From: Ginkgo biloba
Lineage: Eukaryota; Plantae; Ginkgophyta
Reading direction: 5' to 3'
Length of the DNA: 17,972 nt
NCBI GenBank assembly: GCA_024626585.2
Contig: JANKJI020000004.1
Location: forward strand, 66,982,044-67,000,015
In this document: positions 1-10,440 of the stretch, piece after piece
How positions within the stretch are numbered: position 1 is the first letter of the stretch
How the letters are laid out: each line of letters starts with the position of its first letter
Notes under the pieces: generated by a model
Told to the model about the DNA's origin: nothing
The model's input: the letters and a program-made list of their open reading frames with translations, nothing else
Database searches by the model: none
Made by a program: the position numbers and the translations under genes

Positions 1-4
1 ATTT

Positions 5-75
5 TGTTCTTCGGTCACAATAATACCAATTGTTCTTCAATTGTAGCAATACCAAATGTTCTTTGGTTGTTGCCA
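5..75 (+). repeat. 26-bp-period imperfect tandem repeat
   Basis: tgttctt at 5, 31 and 57; aataccaa at 22 and 48. Confidence 0.7.
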
Positions 76-499
76 TATATTGTTATCTCCACTTGCAAGG
101 CATCTTATCATGATGAGAATTAGTCATTGATCACAACATTAATTGGCCATGATAAAGATATAAATGTAATTAAGTTGGTTCTCAATGTGGCGTCTCCTAT
201 AATAGTCGCAACGATTAGTAATGAAAAGACACAAAAGCAAGTATGTATAGCCGAAGGGGAACAGTTTGTAAATCAAAAATTGATGAATCATTCATGTAGT
301 TCATGAAGTATTCAACAATCTTTTGTATTATGAATTCTCTTTGTAATAAAATCTGATTTGCTCTGTCTAGACTACAACATTGGATTTTCATTGAGAACAC
401 ATGACTCGTTTGTGAGAGCAGCACACTCATAACTCCTCTCTATCTGTCAAGGGTACAACTGCATATTTATGTTACTATGCACCTTACTCGTTGGCAACC

Positions 500-1480
500 A
501 GCATGATTTGTTAACAAATTGACCTAGAAATTAGCAAACATTTTGCTGAGAATTGAACTTGAGAAGAAGTCTCGGGTGAATCTGCAGAGATCAGCGTACT
601 AGCCAAAAGTTTGGAAACCCTACCTTCACAAGGTTAGCAGTTTTCTACTAAACTTACCAAGATAGCCGAGAGTCTTCATCACACCACCTAAGAAGCAGAA
701 AAACGTCACCAATCCTAGTGCAGAACGAAGAGAAAACAAGGAGCAACTAAAAAATGCAACACCAAGTATAGTGTCGCAAGAAACTGGTAAAGTTGAAAGT
801 TTGGCCAACCAAAAGGGGACAAGTAGCAACACAGTCATGGTACAAAAGAAGAAGAGAATCATACCTAAACTGCACATTCTGGCATTCACAAAGGAGGATG
901 CAGATGATTTTCAATCATATAAGAATTTAATGCTGAAAGAAGAATTGAAATTGGCATTGACCAAAAAACACATGCAGATGATTTTCAATCATATGGAGGA
1001 AATTAGACCATCAGCAAGAAGGAATGTACAGCCATCTGAAGCCCTCTACATGAATGAATTTGACATTGCAATGTGGAGTCACAAAGTAGCCATCTAATTT
1101 GAGGAAGAGATCAAGAGCGTTCTCCAAAGGGCTACAAATATCATACAAAAGATGGCAAATCTTAACAACATAGCCATTCAGAATACATCTACAAGAGGAG
1201 ATATATAAAAGACTGCATGGAAAGAATGGAACCATCTAGATAGGCTAGAAAGAATCTAGTGAAACTCGTGAGAAGCATAAATACGTATACTCATGCCTTG
1301 GTTAAAATCAGAACCATATCCTTTGGGCACAGAGGAGTTGGAGCTAGAATAGATCACATGGCCAAATGGAATTGTCACCCAAGCTCTGTGGCACAAAACA
1401 TATATGGAAAACAATGGCTTGAAAGAAGGAAGGAAAAACTTTCCAAGGGGAAGACTACTGGAAAACCCCATCTGAAAACA
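500..1480 (+). pseudogene. Degenerate purine-rich ORF, probably TE accessory protein
   Basis: The frame of ORF 771-1097 extends upstream (PRVFITPPKKQKN...) and downstream (*FEEEIKSVLQRATNIIQKM...) through isolated stops; no domain recognised. Confidence 0.35.
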
Positions 1481-3359
1481 TAAAATAGAAGACGTGACTC
1501 TTTAGGCTTATAAAGACCATGCCTAACTTTTGTAAAAGAAATAATAATAGACAAGGCAGTACTACATAGGTTAATAATTAGATAAATATCTGATAATGTA
1601 ACTTGAGGACAATCAAAATGAATTAGTAGAGCTCAGGTGATCAAAACGATTTACTCTTTCCTTATTGACTCATATGATATGTACTTTGATAGAAAGTTTT
1701 AATAAAAAGAATTTCATTGCGTCCCCGGAAAAAAAAAATTACCATCAGTCTTCAGGGCCTATATATGTAAAAGTCTGTTATCTTATCAATTAAATTCCAT
1801 TGCATAAGGACCATCTATCCATTCTATCATCCAACGTCTTCTACATCTATCTAATCATCATTTGTGTGTAGGACATATATTGTAGTCTCCATGCTATATG
1901 TCATCTTTTATTTCTAGTAAATTAGTATTATGTCTCTCACCTCCAATTTATTTTTGTATTCCCTACATCATCATCAATCCTTTATGTCCCTATTTTTTAC
2001 ATTTAAATGTATTGACCTTGTTCTTTTCTATGACCAACCTTGTTCTATCTTACAATTATCCTCTGACTATCGATTATCTCAAATTGCATTGTAATCTATC
2101 CACCATAATGATACAAAGAAAATTCAGTTTAAATCATAATGAATTATGGGATTATAAATTGATCCATTCATGAAGAGTTAGGTAATTGGTTCAATAATGA
2201 AGATATATGCACAACTTAGATGCAAAGCATTTTTCTATATTGAACTCTTATACATGTGAATTGATTATCACCCATTTTGCAAAATTAATTATCACACAAA
2301 TTCCTTTTATTGTTATCTTTCCATTTCCTTCAAGCTCTATAATATGGCTATCTAAATTGATTTTGATTGGGATTCTTTATATGAAGGTGTGTGGGTAGTA
2401 TTGATTCTATCCCCCTTTTGGCATTAAAATTGGTCTATTATCTTATAATACAATCATTTATCCATCCCAAACCTTGGTAGGCCTAGCAATTGATTCTATA
2501 AATACTCCATAGATTAATCTTTTACTTTTTTCACATGAGAAAAGAATCATGCTTGGCCTATTCGATGTCCTTCTCTCCCATCAATATTTTATTCAACCAT
2601 CATTAATTTTCCTTGATTTACACATGCATTAACATTAATGACAAGGCAACTATGAATTCATAATGTCTCAACCCTTTATCCCTAGGTTTTAAACCCTAAA
2701 TAACCTTATCCACTCCCTGCTAAGTCCTAGGGCCTTAATTCTTAACACATGCAAGTACTATGACATCATCTTCATAAAAGGTGTAAGAAGGAATTGATTA
2801 ATTTTTTTCTCTCAAGGAAGAACTTATCATTTCTTAGATTACATAATGGAATGAGTAGAAGCATTTAGATATACCCAAACTCCAGTTTTCCACCTAGCAC
2901 TTAACAAAGTTTGGAACTAACATAACTTTCTCACTTAGTTGTATTGAAAATCACATCACTAAAATCAAAAGCACAAATCATTAAAACCCAAAGAAGGGAC
3001 TCAATAATTGTGTTAAAAAGGCCAACTCACTTATATGATTTAAGGTTGCTTAACCCTAAATTATATCATCCTCAAGTTAATCATGTGGTTAAGATAAATT
3101 GTCAATCTAAATACAAGATTTAATGCATCATTTCAACATTCTCATTTTTGCTTTATTTTCATTATTTTCTCCTCACATCAAATATCTAAGGCTCCAAGGG
3201 AATATAATATTCTCCAAAGATTTTTGGCATACAAACATGTTCCCAAGGTGTTCACCTCANNNNNNNNNNNNNNNNNNNNNNNNNNNNNNNNNNNNNNNNN
3301 NNNNNNNNNNNNNNNNNNNNNNNNNNNNNNNNNNNNNNNNNNNNNNNNNNNNNNNNNNN

Positions 3360-3767
3360 GTGGAGCACTATTGCTGCATGGTCGACCTTCTTGGACGTGC
3401 CGGGCGCTTGGATGAGGCACAGGATTTTATCAATAAATTGCCAATAAAGCCTGATGCAATTGTGTGGAGGTCTTTACTCGGTGCTTGTAGAATTCATAAC
3501 AATATAGAGTTAGGGGAACATGTAGCGAAATGCCTTTTTGAGTTGGATCCTGAAAATTCTGCAGATTATGTGCTGCTTTCAAACATCTACGCAGCAGCTG
3601 GCAGATGGGATGATAAAGAAAAAGTAAGGAAAATGATGAAAGACAGGAGAGTCAAAGTTATGCCAGGATTCAGCTGGATTGAGGTCAACAACAAGGTGAA
3701 TGCTTTCCTCGTAGGAGACAGGTTACAGCCACAAACACAGAAAAACTATGCAAAATTATCTTTGTAG
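3360..3767 (+). CDS. PLS-class pentatricopeptide repeat protein, C-terminal part (last PPR, E1/E2, PG box, E+); 5' part missing at the gap
   Basis: EHYCCMVDLLGRAGRLDEA...PDAIVWRSLLGACRIH...YVLLSNIYAAAGRW...PGFSWIEVNNKVNAFLVGD are canonical PLS-E motifs; the frame is open from the gap to TAG at 3765-3767. It may be a functional E+ gene or part of a pseudogene. Confidence 0.9.
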   Translation: MEHYCCMVDLLGRAGRLDEAQDFINKLPIKPDAIVWRSLLGACRIHNNIELGEHVAKCLFELDPENSADYVLLSNIYAAAGRWDDKEKVRKMMKDRRVKVMPGFSWIEVNNKVNAFLVGDRLQPQTQKNYAKLSL

Positions 3768-4044
3768 ATGAAGCTGGACAAGTAGTCTAGGTAGATGGAG
3801 GAGGCAAGGCATGTGCCCTATGCAAGCTTTCTGCTGCTTGATTTTGAGTAGAGGCAGAAGAAGAAACTTAATCAGACACTAGAGTGAGAAGTGGTCTGTT
3901 ATGTTTGGGCTTATCAATGCATGCCCCAAGACACCTGTCCAGATCATCAAGAACCTCTGAGTGTGTGCTGACTGCCACTGTGCATCAACTTCATCTCTAA
4001 GACTGCTGCCTGAGAAATGGTTGGAGAGGGATGCCCACTATTTC
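3768..4044 (+). pseudogene. Decayed DYW cytidine-deaminase domain of the PPR gene
   Basis: With frameshifts it reads MEEARHVPYASFLLLDFE*...H*SEKWSVMFGLINACPKTPVQIIKNL*VCADCH...FISKTAA*EMV..RDAHYF. H*SEK (3877-3891) and VCADCH (3961-3978) are remnants of the Zn-binding motifs. Multiple stops are present and the terminal CSCxDYW is absent. Confidence 0.9.
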
Positions 4045-4649
4045 TATGCTTGAGTTAGAAACTTTTCCCAAATTTTGGATAAGAATCCCAATCAAATTAG
4101 CATTCGTAATCTTTCGAGTTCTATTAAAAGCTTCTCATGTTTCTCAGGTATCCAAATTTCTTATAAACATCCAATGAAAACTTATATCTAATCAAACATG
4201 AGGTGCAAAAAAGGAACCTCATTGTTGAGTTTTGATCATTGCCCTTGCCTTTGAAAAATGCTGCCTATATTAAATCAGAAAGCAAAAGAATTACATCACC
4301 GACATTGCAGCCCAAGGAGTTCCTCCACTCAAACTTTAGGAACAGCCCAAAAAAAAGCGCTGACATAGCTTTAATTGGGTACGCAAGCAGCATTCTTCAT
4401 AGAATTATCTTCACCTCATGATAATGCCGTAGAAAACTAAGGACCATAGTGTAGGTTTAGAAATCAGAAAAACTATCATAAAAATATGACAGTAGCAGAG
4501 GTTTGAGGTATTTATGCTTTCATTATTGTTTGACCTAATCAAGCTAATATGCATCCGTGAAGAGGAAAAATTTAGCACACACAAATCAAGCAGGAACAAG
4601 TGAACAAGATTATGGAAATTCCAAGTAGGTATGCAACAACACTACTTCA

Positions 4650-4746
4650 TTAGTTTTTTTCTTCAATTCCAATTAGAATCTTGATTGCATGATTCTGCCT
4701 GTCAATGGCAGAGTTTGAAAAGTCACGAGCAATTTCAACAAAGGAC
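4650..4746 (-). CDS. Possible (alternative) terminal exon of the release factor gene
   Basis: An 82-nt GT..AG intron (4828-4747, ending tgcatcttcag) joins in frame to (G)SFVEIARDFSNSAIDRQNHAIKILIGIEEKN*. This does not resemble the expected conserved C-terminus. Confidence 0.3.
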
Positions 4747-4828
4747 CTGAAGATGCATACACAGAATAAACTTGATATGTCTTGAAATTTGAAATCGAAA
4801 TGTTTCTTAGAGGACAGGTAGCTCCTAC

Positions 4829-4899
4829 CCAAGTGGTTTGGCTGCTTCTGACACAGAACCTTCAACAGCCAACATCAAATCTAACAAGGCTCGTACACC
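4829..4899 (-). CDS. Release factor family gene, exon 4
   Basis: ttggtacag|GGT GTA CGA...CTT GG|gtagga; 71 nt encoding GVRALLDLMLAVEGSVSEAAKPL+GG, resembling family GMQALLDLI.AVEGSVSEAAK.LG (recalled); phases consistent. Confidence 0.88.
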
Positions 4900-5046
4900 C
4901 TGTACCAAAAGAAAAATGTTAAACCAGTTGTTTGAATTACTGTGAGCACCGGAAGTCGTATCAACCAAATTGCAAAACCATTCACCCATTTTAAATACAA
5001 ACATCTATCAACCAGTCAGATGATCAGGTGAAACGGGCAAACATAC

Positions 5047-5177
5047 CAGAACAAAATTTGCATTGTTTGGTCCAATTCGTTGACCAGAATCGGCTCCTTT
5101 TATGGCTGCTTTGGCTGGAAGTATCCGGACTAGCTCTGATGGGGGTTTGTATGTCTCAAGATCTATCGGGTTCCTGA
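5047..5177 (-). CDS. Release factor family gene, exon 3
   Basis: gtaattag|TC AGG AAC...GTT CTG|gtatgt; 131 nt. G+TC completes Val, then RNPIDLETYKPPSELVRILPAKAAIKGADSGQRIGPNNANFVL, resembling the plant family motif PPxELxxILP...IGPNN (recalled). Confidence 0.9.
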
Positions 5178-6473
5178 CTAATTACAAGAAACAGTCGAAA
5201 CAATTATCAGGAAAGACATTATTCTATACTGCAGAGATTATATTACATCAGCTGGTGAAAACAGATACATCAGTTTGCCAGACTCAAAACTTGAGAGAAT
5301 TAAAAAGTAAGAGAGATTCATCAGCCGAGAAAATGTGAAAGTCTAAAAGGCAAGAAGAATATCTCTGAAATGGTAGACAAACAAAACAGTGCAATTGAAA
5401 AGACTAGCAAGTTATTGTACAAATGAAAAGATTGTGCATGGCTAAATTTGCATCTTGAAGTGATACTGGCCTAATTTGCACCATCAACTAGTTCACAAAC
5501 ACGTCTCTTCCGTTTCACAGATTACAAAACTTCACTATTTCAGAGAATTTGAACAACACTTCATTACTATCAAAAATTTAATATGCAGTGATTTGACTCT
5601 CTATCAATATCAAGCAAAAGTGTATTAAATCCTAACACCCTTTATACTTCTCATATAAATCAACTCCTACCAACAGCAAAGAAATCNNNNNNNNNNNNNN
5701 NNNNNNNNNNNNNNNNNNNNNNNNNNNNNNNNNNNNNNNNNNNNNNNNNNNNNNNNNNNNNNNNNNNNNNNNNNNNNNNNNNNNNNNNNTTACACAAATT
5801 TCACATAATATCCCTAAGGTTCAGTCCCAAGTCATGAAGACTGATCACTTTCATCAGTCATGGTTCAAATGAAATGAGGGACACTTTGAGCCTACAGGCT
5901 ACAATATTCAGATTCTCACGTATTAGCTACAACATCCTTGTTCATATAATGGGATTTATTTAGACAATCACTACTGCCTTTCACCTGTTTTTCACTTTGC
6001 CATATTGAATGGAAAGTTAAAAGCNNNNNNNNNNNNNNNNNNNNNNNNNNNNNNNNNNNNNNNNNNNNNNNNNNNNNNNNNNNNNNNNNNNNNNNNNNNN
6101 NNNNNNNNNNNNNNNNNNNNNNNNTTTATTGTGGATTACTTTGATTATTATCTATTATTATTTCATGCTATGTGATTGAGATGATTTATCTAACCTTTTA
6201 ATGTGGGTTAAAGACAGAACTGTTACAACCACTATAGCCTGAATTATCTTAGGTAATTACTGGAGCTAATGACGGAACCCTCTCCCATAACGTTCCCTTG
6301 GAGACCCTATTCCAACACTTCGTTTAACATCAAAAATTTTCCATAGAGTCTAGCACAGTCAAAACACTATTATGTACGACAACGATTTATAGAATTCATA
6401 AGATGAGTGCCAACACTCATGGATGCTAGTACAAAAGGAACCAGTTGCCAAGGAACTAAATATGCCTAAAGAT

Positions 6474-6564
6474 GACTTTGATGTTGCAGATGGTTACTAG
6501 AAAATGGGTGTTGAGGCACCAATCGACTTTGATATTATAGTCAACTACTGGAAATGGGTGTTGA
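6474..6564 (+). repeat. ~50-bp imperfect tandem duplication
   Basis: gactttgat at 6474 and 6525; aaatgggtgttga at 6502 and 6552. Confidence 0.7.
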
Positions 6565-7226
6565 ACTCAAAGAGCCTTACGCATTAGCTTGAGCCTAACG
6601 CCATTGGAGGTTACAATTGACCCGCAAGTATAGGCACTAAAAATCACACCATTCTAGAGAATTGACACCATTGTGTAGGAAACACAGATTGTATTCTGCA
6701 AAATTGGTCCTTAGAGTGGACTAGACTCCAATGATTCTTTGGCGAATCACCCCTAGACCCAAAAAGGCCAAAACACAAGTCTTCCTTCCTCTAAATAAAA
6801 TCCCCAAGTCTGCATTGCTCCTTTTATTCCTTGTCTATCCTATGGTGTTGAGCTAGAAAAGATGCCTTCCTTGATTCTTTTGTTTTATTCTCTTTCTTTT
6901 CTAGACATGCACAAAACAACGCTTTATTCCTTGACTATGTTTATGATGACAACATCCACCTTATTCCTTCTTCACTCTACTTTCCAAATCTTGGGCCAAA
7001 AATCACCTTTCTCTACTTTTGGCCAAAGAGGTCTCAAAGCGCTTTATTCTCCAATTGTAAAAAACTAGGACTGGGTGGTGCCCTATTGCTATGAAAATAT
7101 CCTCTAACAATTGGCTTAACAACTAANNNNNNNNNNNNNNNNNNNNNNNNNNNNNNNNNNNNNNNNNNNNNNNNNNNNNNNNNNNNNNNNNNNNNNNNNN
7201 NNNNNNNNNNNNNNNNNNNNNNNNNN

Positions 7227-7955
7227 CATCAATATAAGCAGATAGAGCATTATGAAATCTAGACAAAGATTATATCAAAAAGCTTATATGAAACACTGAG
7301 TGCATCTTAACATGGCTAGGTAAATCCAATCTATAAGTTGCTTCATTTACTTTCTCAAGGATTCTGAATGGTCCACAATACTGAGGTGAGAGTTTTGCAC
7401 ACCTACTCGTAAATAGAGATCTATCGGGCCATATCTCCCACCTTAAAACTTCTCGGTGACTGTTACGAATCCGCATATAACTTGGATCTTGCTTGAGCCC
7501 TTTCAATATTCCTCTTAAATTCCTTTAACTCATTATTCATTTCCTCAAGAATCTCCAAGGACACTTGAGTTTTCCCTTTAAAATTCTTTAAATCCAAGTC
7601 ACAAGGAATGAAAGGATCATATCCATACATGGATCTAATAGGAGTAAAACCTATAGATGTATGTTTACTATTATTATATACAAATTCCACAAGAGGAAGT
7701 CTTTCTTCCCAACTTGTTTTCTTGGATGCTACATGCAACCTCAACATGTCCTCCATAATCTGATTTACCCTCTCTATTTGTTAACCTTCCACTTCATCTT
7801 GTTTTCTCCTATGGGAGTATGTCTTCAAGGGTTCTTCCTCTCTTTCTTAAATCTCCTTTAGTTCATCCCCCATGGCTTGAACTTCAACTTGCAATTCCTT
7901 GAGAATTCATGATTCCATCTTGGAATCAAAAGTCTCCCCCATGCTCTAATACCAA
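7227..7955 (-). mobile_element. Internally deleted Ty3/gypsy internal region (PBS, gag stub, integrase C-terminal part)
   Basis: QIERVNQIMEDMLR...WEERLPLVEFVYNNSKHTSIGFTP...AQARSKLYAD...FKVGD...KLSPQYCGPFRILEKVNEATYRLDLPSHVKMHSVFHIS is the integrase core end plus GPY/F domain, frameshifted; PBS at 7943-7954. Confidence 0.9.
7943..7954 (-). other. Primer-binding site (tRNA-iMet type)
   Basis: Minus strand reads ...GTTACA T TGGTATTAGAGC ATG, an 11/12 match to canonical TGGTATCAGAGC, 1 nt after a CA LTR end and directly before an ATG. Confidence 0.85.
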
Positions 7956-8474
7956 TGTAACAACCCGCTCTCCTACTCCTATAAAAACAGCCTCAAAGAA
8001 CATGCGTTAGTAAAGACATGCAATACTAAGTGAGGTGACTTTAGTCAATTAAAAAGAAAGCAAAAATGCCATACTTAATGCGCACTAATTGTGCATGCAC
8101 CAATAATACATAATTAATAGTCAATTATTTATTTATATTAACTATTAATGCATCAATTCTAATTAGTAAAATAGGGAATGTTAGCAAGAAAAGGGGCATC
8201 TTGCAATTAGAGTACCAAACACCCTATGTTGGCCATGGGGTCCGCCTATAGGGCTTGAATAGAGCAGGCAACCAAACCTTCGATGCAAAAATTCAACTAT
8301 CTGACCCCAGCAACTATTAATGATCCACTGGAATCCACCTCTCAACCCTGTTGGGTCAAGGATGCTAGGCACAGGACAATTTGGCCTCTTTGGTATCAAA
8401 ATAGCCTGTCAGTCAAGAAAGTTATTCACCCCTACTTATAGCTTTATGGTTCTCGGCTAAAACCGTATGTAACA
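7956..8474 (-). repeat. Putative LTR (~519 bp) of the gypsy element
   Basis: Minus strand starts TGTTACA (8474) and ends TGTTACA (7956), giving TG..CA termini with an imperfect inverted repeat. The 3' boundary is fixed by the PBS; the 5' boundary is inferred from the adjacent PPT-like tract. Confidence 0.55.
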
Positions 8475-10364
8475 GTCCCACCTTAAGCCTGTAACTTTGG
8501 TTAGCAATAACATAAAACTTTCCATAATCATCATAAAACATCATTATCATAATTGCAAATGTTCATATAAATAAGCACAACAGATAAATCAAACATTTTG
8601 CATTAATAACACGAGTCAATATAAATAATGCAATAACATGAAGGTACACAAGACCCAATGCATCAAGGATGACTCATAGACAGACTTCAAGGTAGGATTG
8701 CTAAGGCTAGGNNNNNNNNNNNNNNNNNNNNNNNNNNNNNNNNNNNNNNNNNNNNNNNNNNNNNNNNNNNNNNNNNNNNNNNNNNNNNNNNNNNNNNNNN
8801 NNNNNNNNNNNGAATGTTTGAATTCAAGTCTGTCGGGTTGAAAGTCCTGGTTTAAAACATAATTCCGTAGAAATCTGTTGTAGGTGCCATTAGGAGATTT
8901 TGACTCACCCACTGGAAAACAGATCACGGGGTACACCCTTCAAGTCACAATATGTCCGCGTGCATACATCCTTGTATTTTTTCAATACATTCAAGGTAGC
9001 TGTTGTGAGTGTTGGGTTCCACAAACTTACCATGAGAATCTTCTAATGATGATTCTCCGTCCCCAATGAATTTTGTCCCCGTAGGCCCCTCATATATCAT
9101 TTTTTCTTCACTTGGGAACATGTGTGCTGGAGCCACTTCCATTCCTATCTCTTCATACTTGACTTATGAAAAATGAGGCAGGAAAACATTTGTTTCCTTG
9201 GCATCATTTTTCTTATCTACAAATTAGTTACAATTTCAGTTTGATCATCATCATGCTTAGTTTGATAGACTTCAACCTAGAAGCATTTAGGTGAGAACAT
9301 TTCATACTCCCCTCGTTGCCAATGCATTAGATCACTGTCCAAAAGAAAATTGTCTTCCAAACTGAAAGAACATGACCTTTCGAACATCGATCCAACGTCA
9401 GCACTCAATCTGGAACCATCTTGATGCTTTCCAACATCAGCAAAAAGTGGGAAACATAGTGATTTGTCCTTAAACTTCAAGAGATTTACATATGAAAAAG
9501 AACAGATAAATTGTCTGCTTACCAGTGGATGCAATATGTGCTCCGCAGACATCCGAGATAAGCCATGGAACAAAAATATGATTGCATAATTCTCCTCATT
9601 TACCTAGATAGGAAACCTTCACCTACAATAATGTAGTTCTCCACCAACTGCCATTCAACCTATCATCCTCCAACTGATTGACCTCCACTTGCGGCTGGCC
9701 ATGCTGAGAGGGAAATATACTTACCCTGGACTCAAGCTCATGGCAACAAAGCATATGTCACATTCAAATGACATAATTTTCATTAGGTGTGATAGGGTAC
9801 GAATACTACTTCCATTTTGCCCGGATGCATTTCAAAAAATCTTGTGTGCATTATAATGACAGGCTGGGATGTATCTTGCTACATCCCCCAAAAGATAAGA
9901 AGGAACTTTGGCTGCTATCAGCAGGTTAGCTAAACATGCCATTCATAATTAATGAAGATAGGTGGAATGCATAAAATCTCATAGGGATATTAACTACAGA
10001 AAACAATAGAAATTTTTCCCTTCCTAGTTTCCTACAAGCCTCAGATTATTTGTGTTATTCTCAGCAGATGATCTAAGTCTAAGAGTACAGAGAGGGTTTT
10101 ATCTGATAAGAAGCTTGTAAATAATTGGAAACTGCATGCTGATCATAATACAAAAAGAACAAACATTTGCTCCATCCAGGCATAAAGGATTCAGACATCT
10201 ATATACAGTCAAAGTGAAGCAAATGCATCGGAAAATAGATATCAAAACAAACAATGTAACAACAAAAGTCTCTAATAGAATGTCTGTCTCCCAAAAAACT
10301 CTGGGGCCTCTATGTTTGTAAGGCTATGTCATACCATCAAGCTAGAAAGGGCATGGAGACAAAC

Positions 10365-10440
10365 CTTTGAGAGCAATCAATTGACGTAGCCGATTTAATG
10401 CTACCCCACGGTTTTTATGTTGAGAGCGATCCTCCACTGC
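10365..10440 (-). CDS. Release factor family gene, exon 2
   Basis: ttttgtag|GCA...AAA G|gtttgt; 76 nt encoding AVEDRSQHKNRGVALNRLRQLIALK+G. This is the RSQxxN motif that follows PTGI in class I release factors, and it is in phase with exon 1. Confidence 0.93.

Noticed and set aside
2691-2700. Telo-box AAACCCTAA
   Set aside because: Single motif in AT-rich repeat-like DNA, not near an identified promoter.
3123-3259. N-terminus of the 214-aa ORF 3123-3767
   Set aside because: Not PPR-like and joined to the PPR part only through a 100-N gap of unknown size; ORF-track artefact.
4385-4437. FSTALS*GEDNSMKNAA as a degenerate final release-factor exon
   Set aside because: Wrong phase relative to the adjacent acceptor and needs two deletions plus a stop; likely chance.
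6221-7126. 3' LTR partner of the 7956-8474 LTR (starts TGTTACAACC)
   Set aside because: Similarity does not extend beyond ~10 nt. It may be an unrelated LTR fragment but cannot be supported.
8390-8402. Plus-strand PBS-like TTGGTATCAAAA
   Set aside because: Not preceded by a CA LTR end and diverges after TGGTATCA.
9717-9880. U1 snRNA (ATACTTACCCTGGAC resembles the U1 5' end)
   Set aside because: Extra C, and no U1 stem-loops, ATTGCAC loop or properly placed Sm site/terminal hairpin; better explained as a minus-strand 5' splice-site consensus.
9866-9887. Hairpin GGGATGTA-N6-TACATCCC
   Set aside because: An isolated 8-bp stem is expected by chance; too short for a miRNA precursor.
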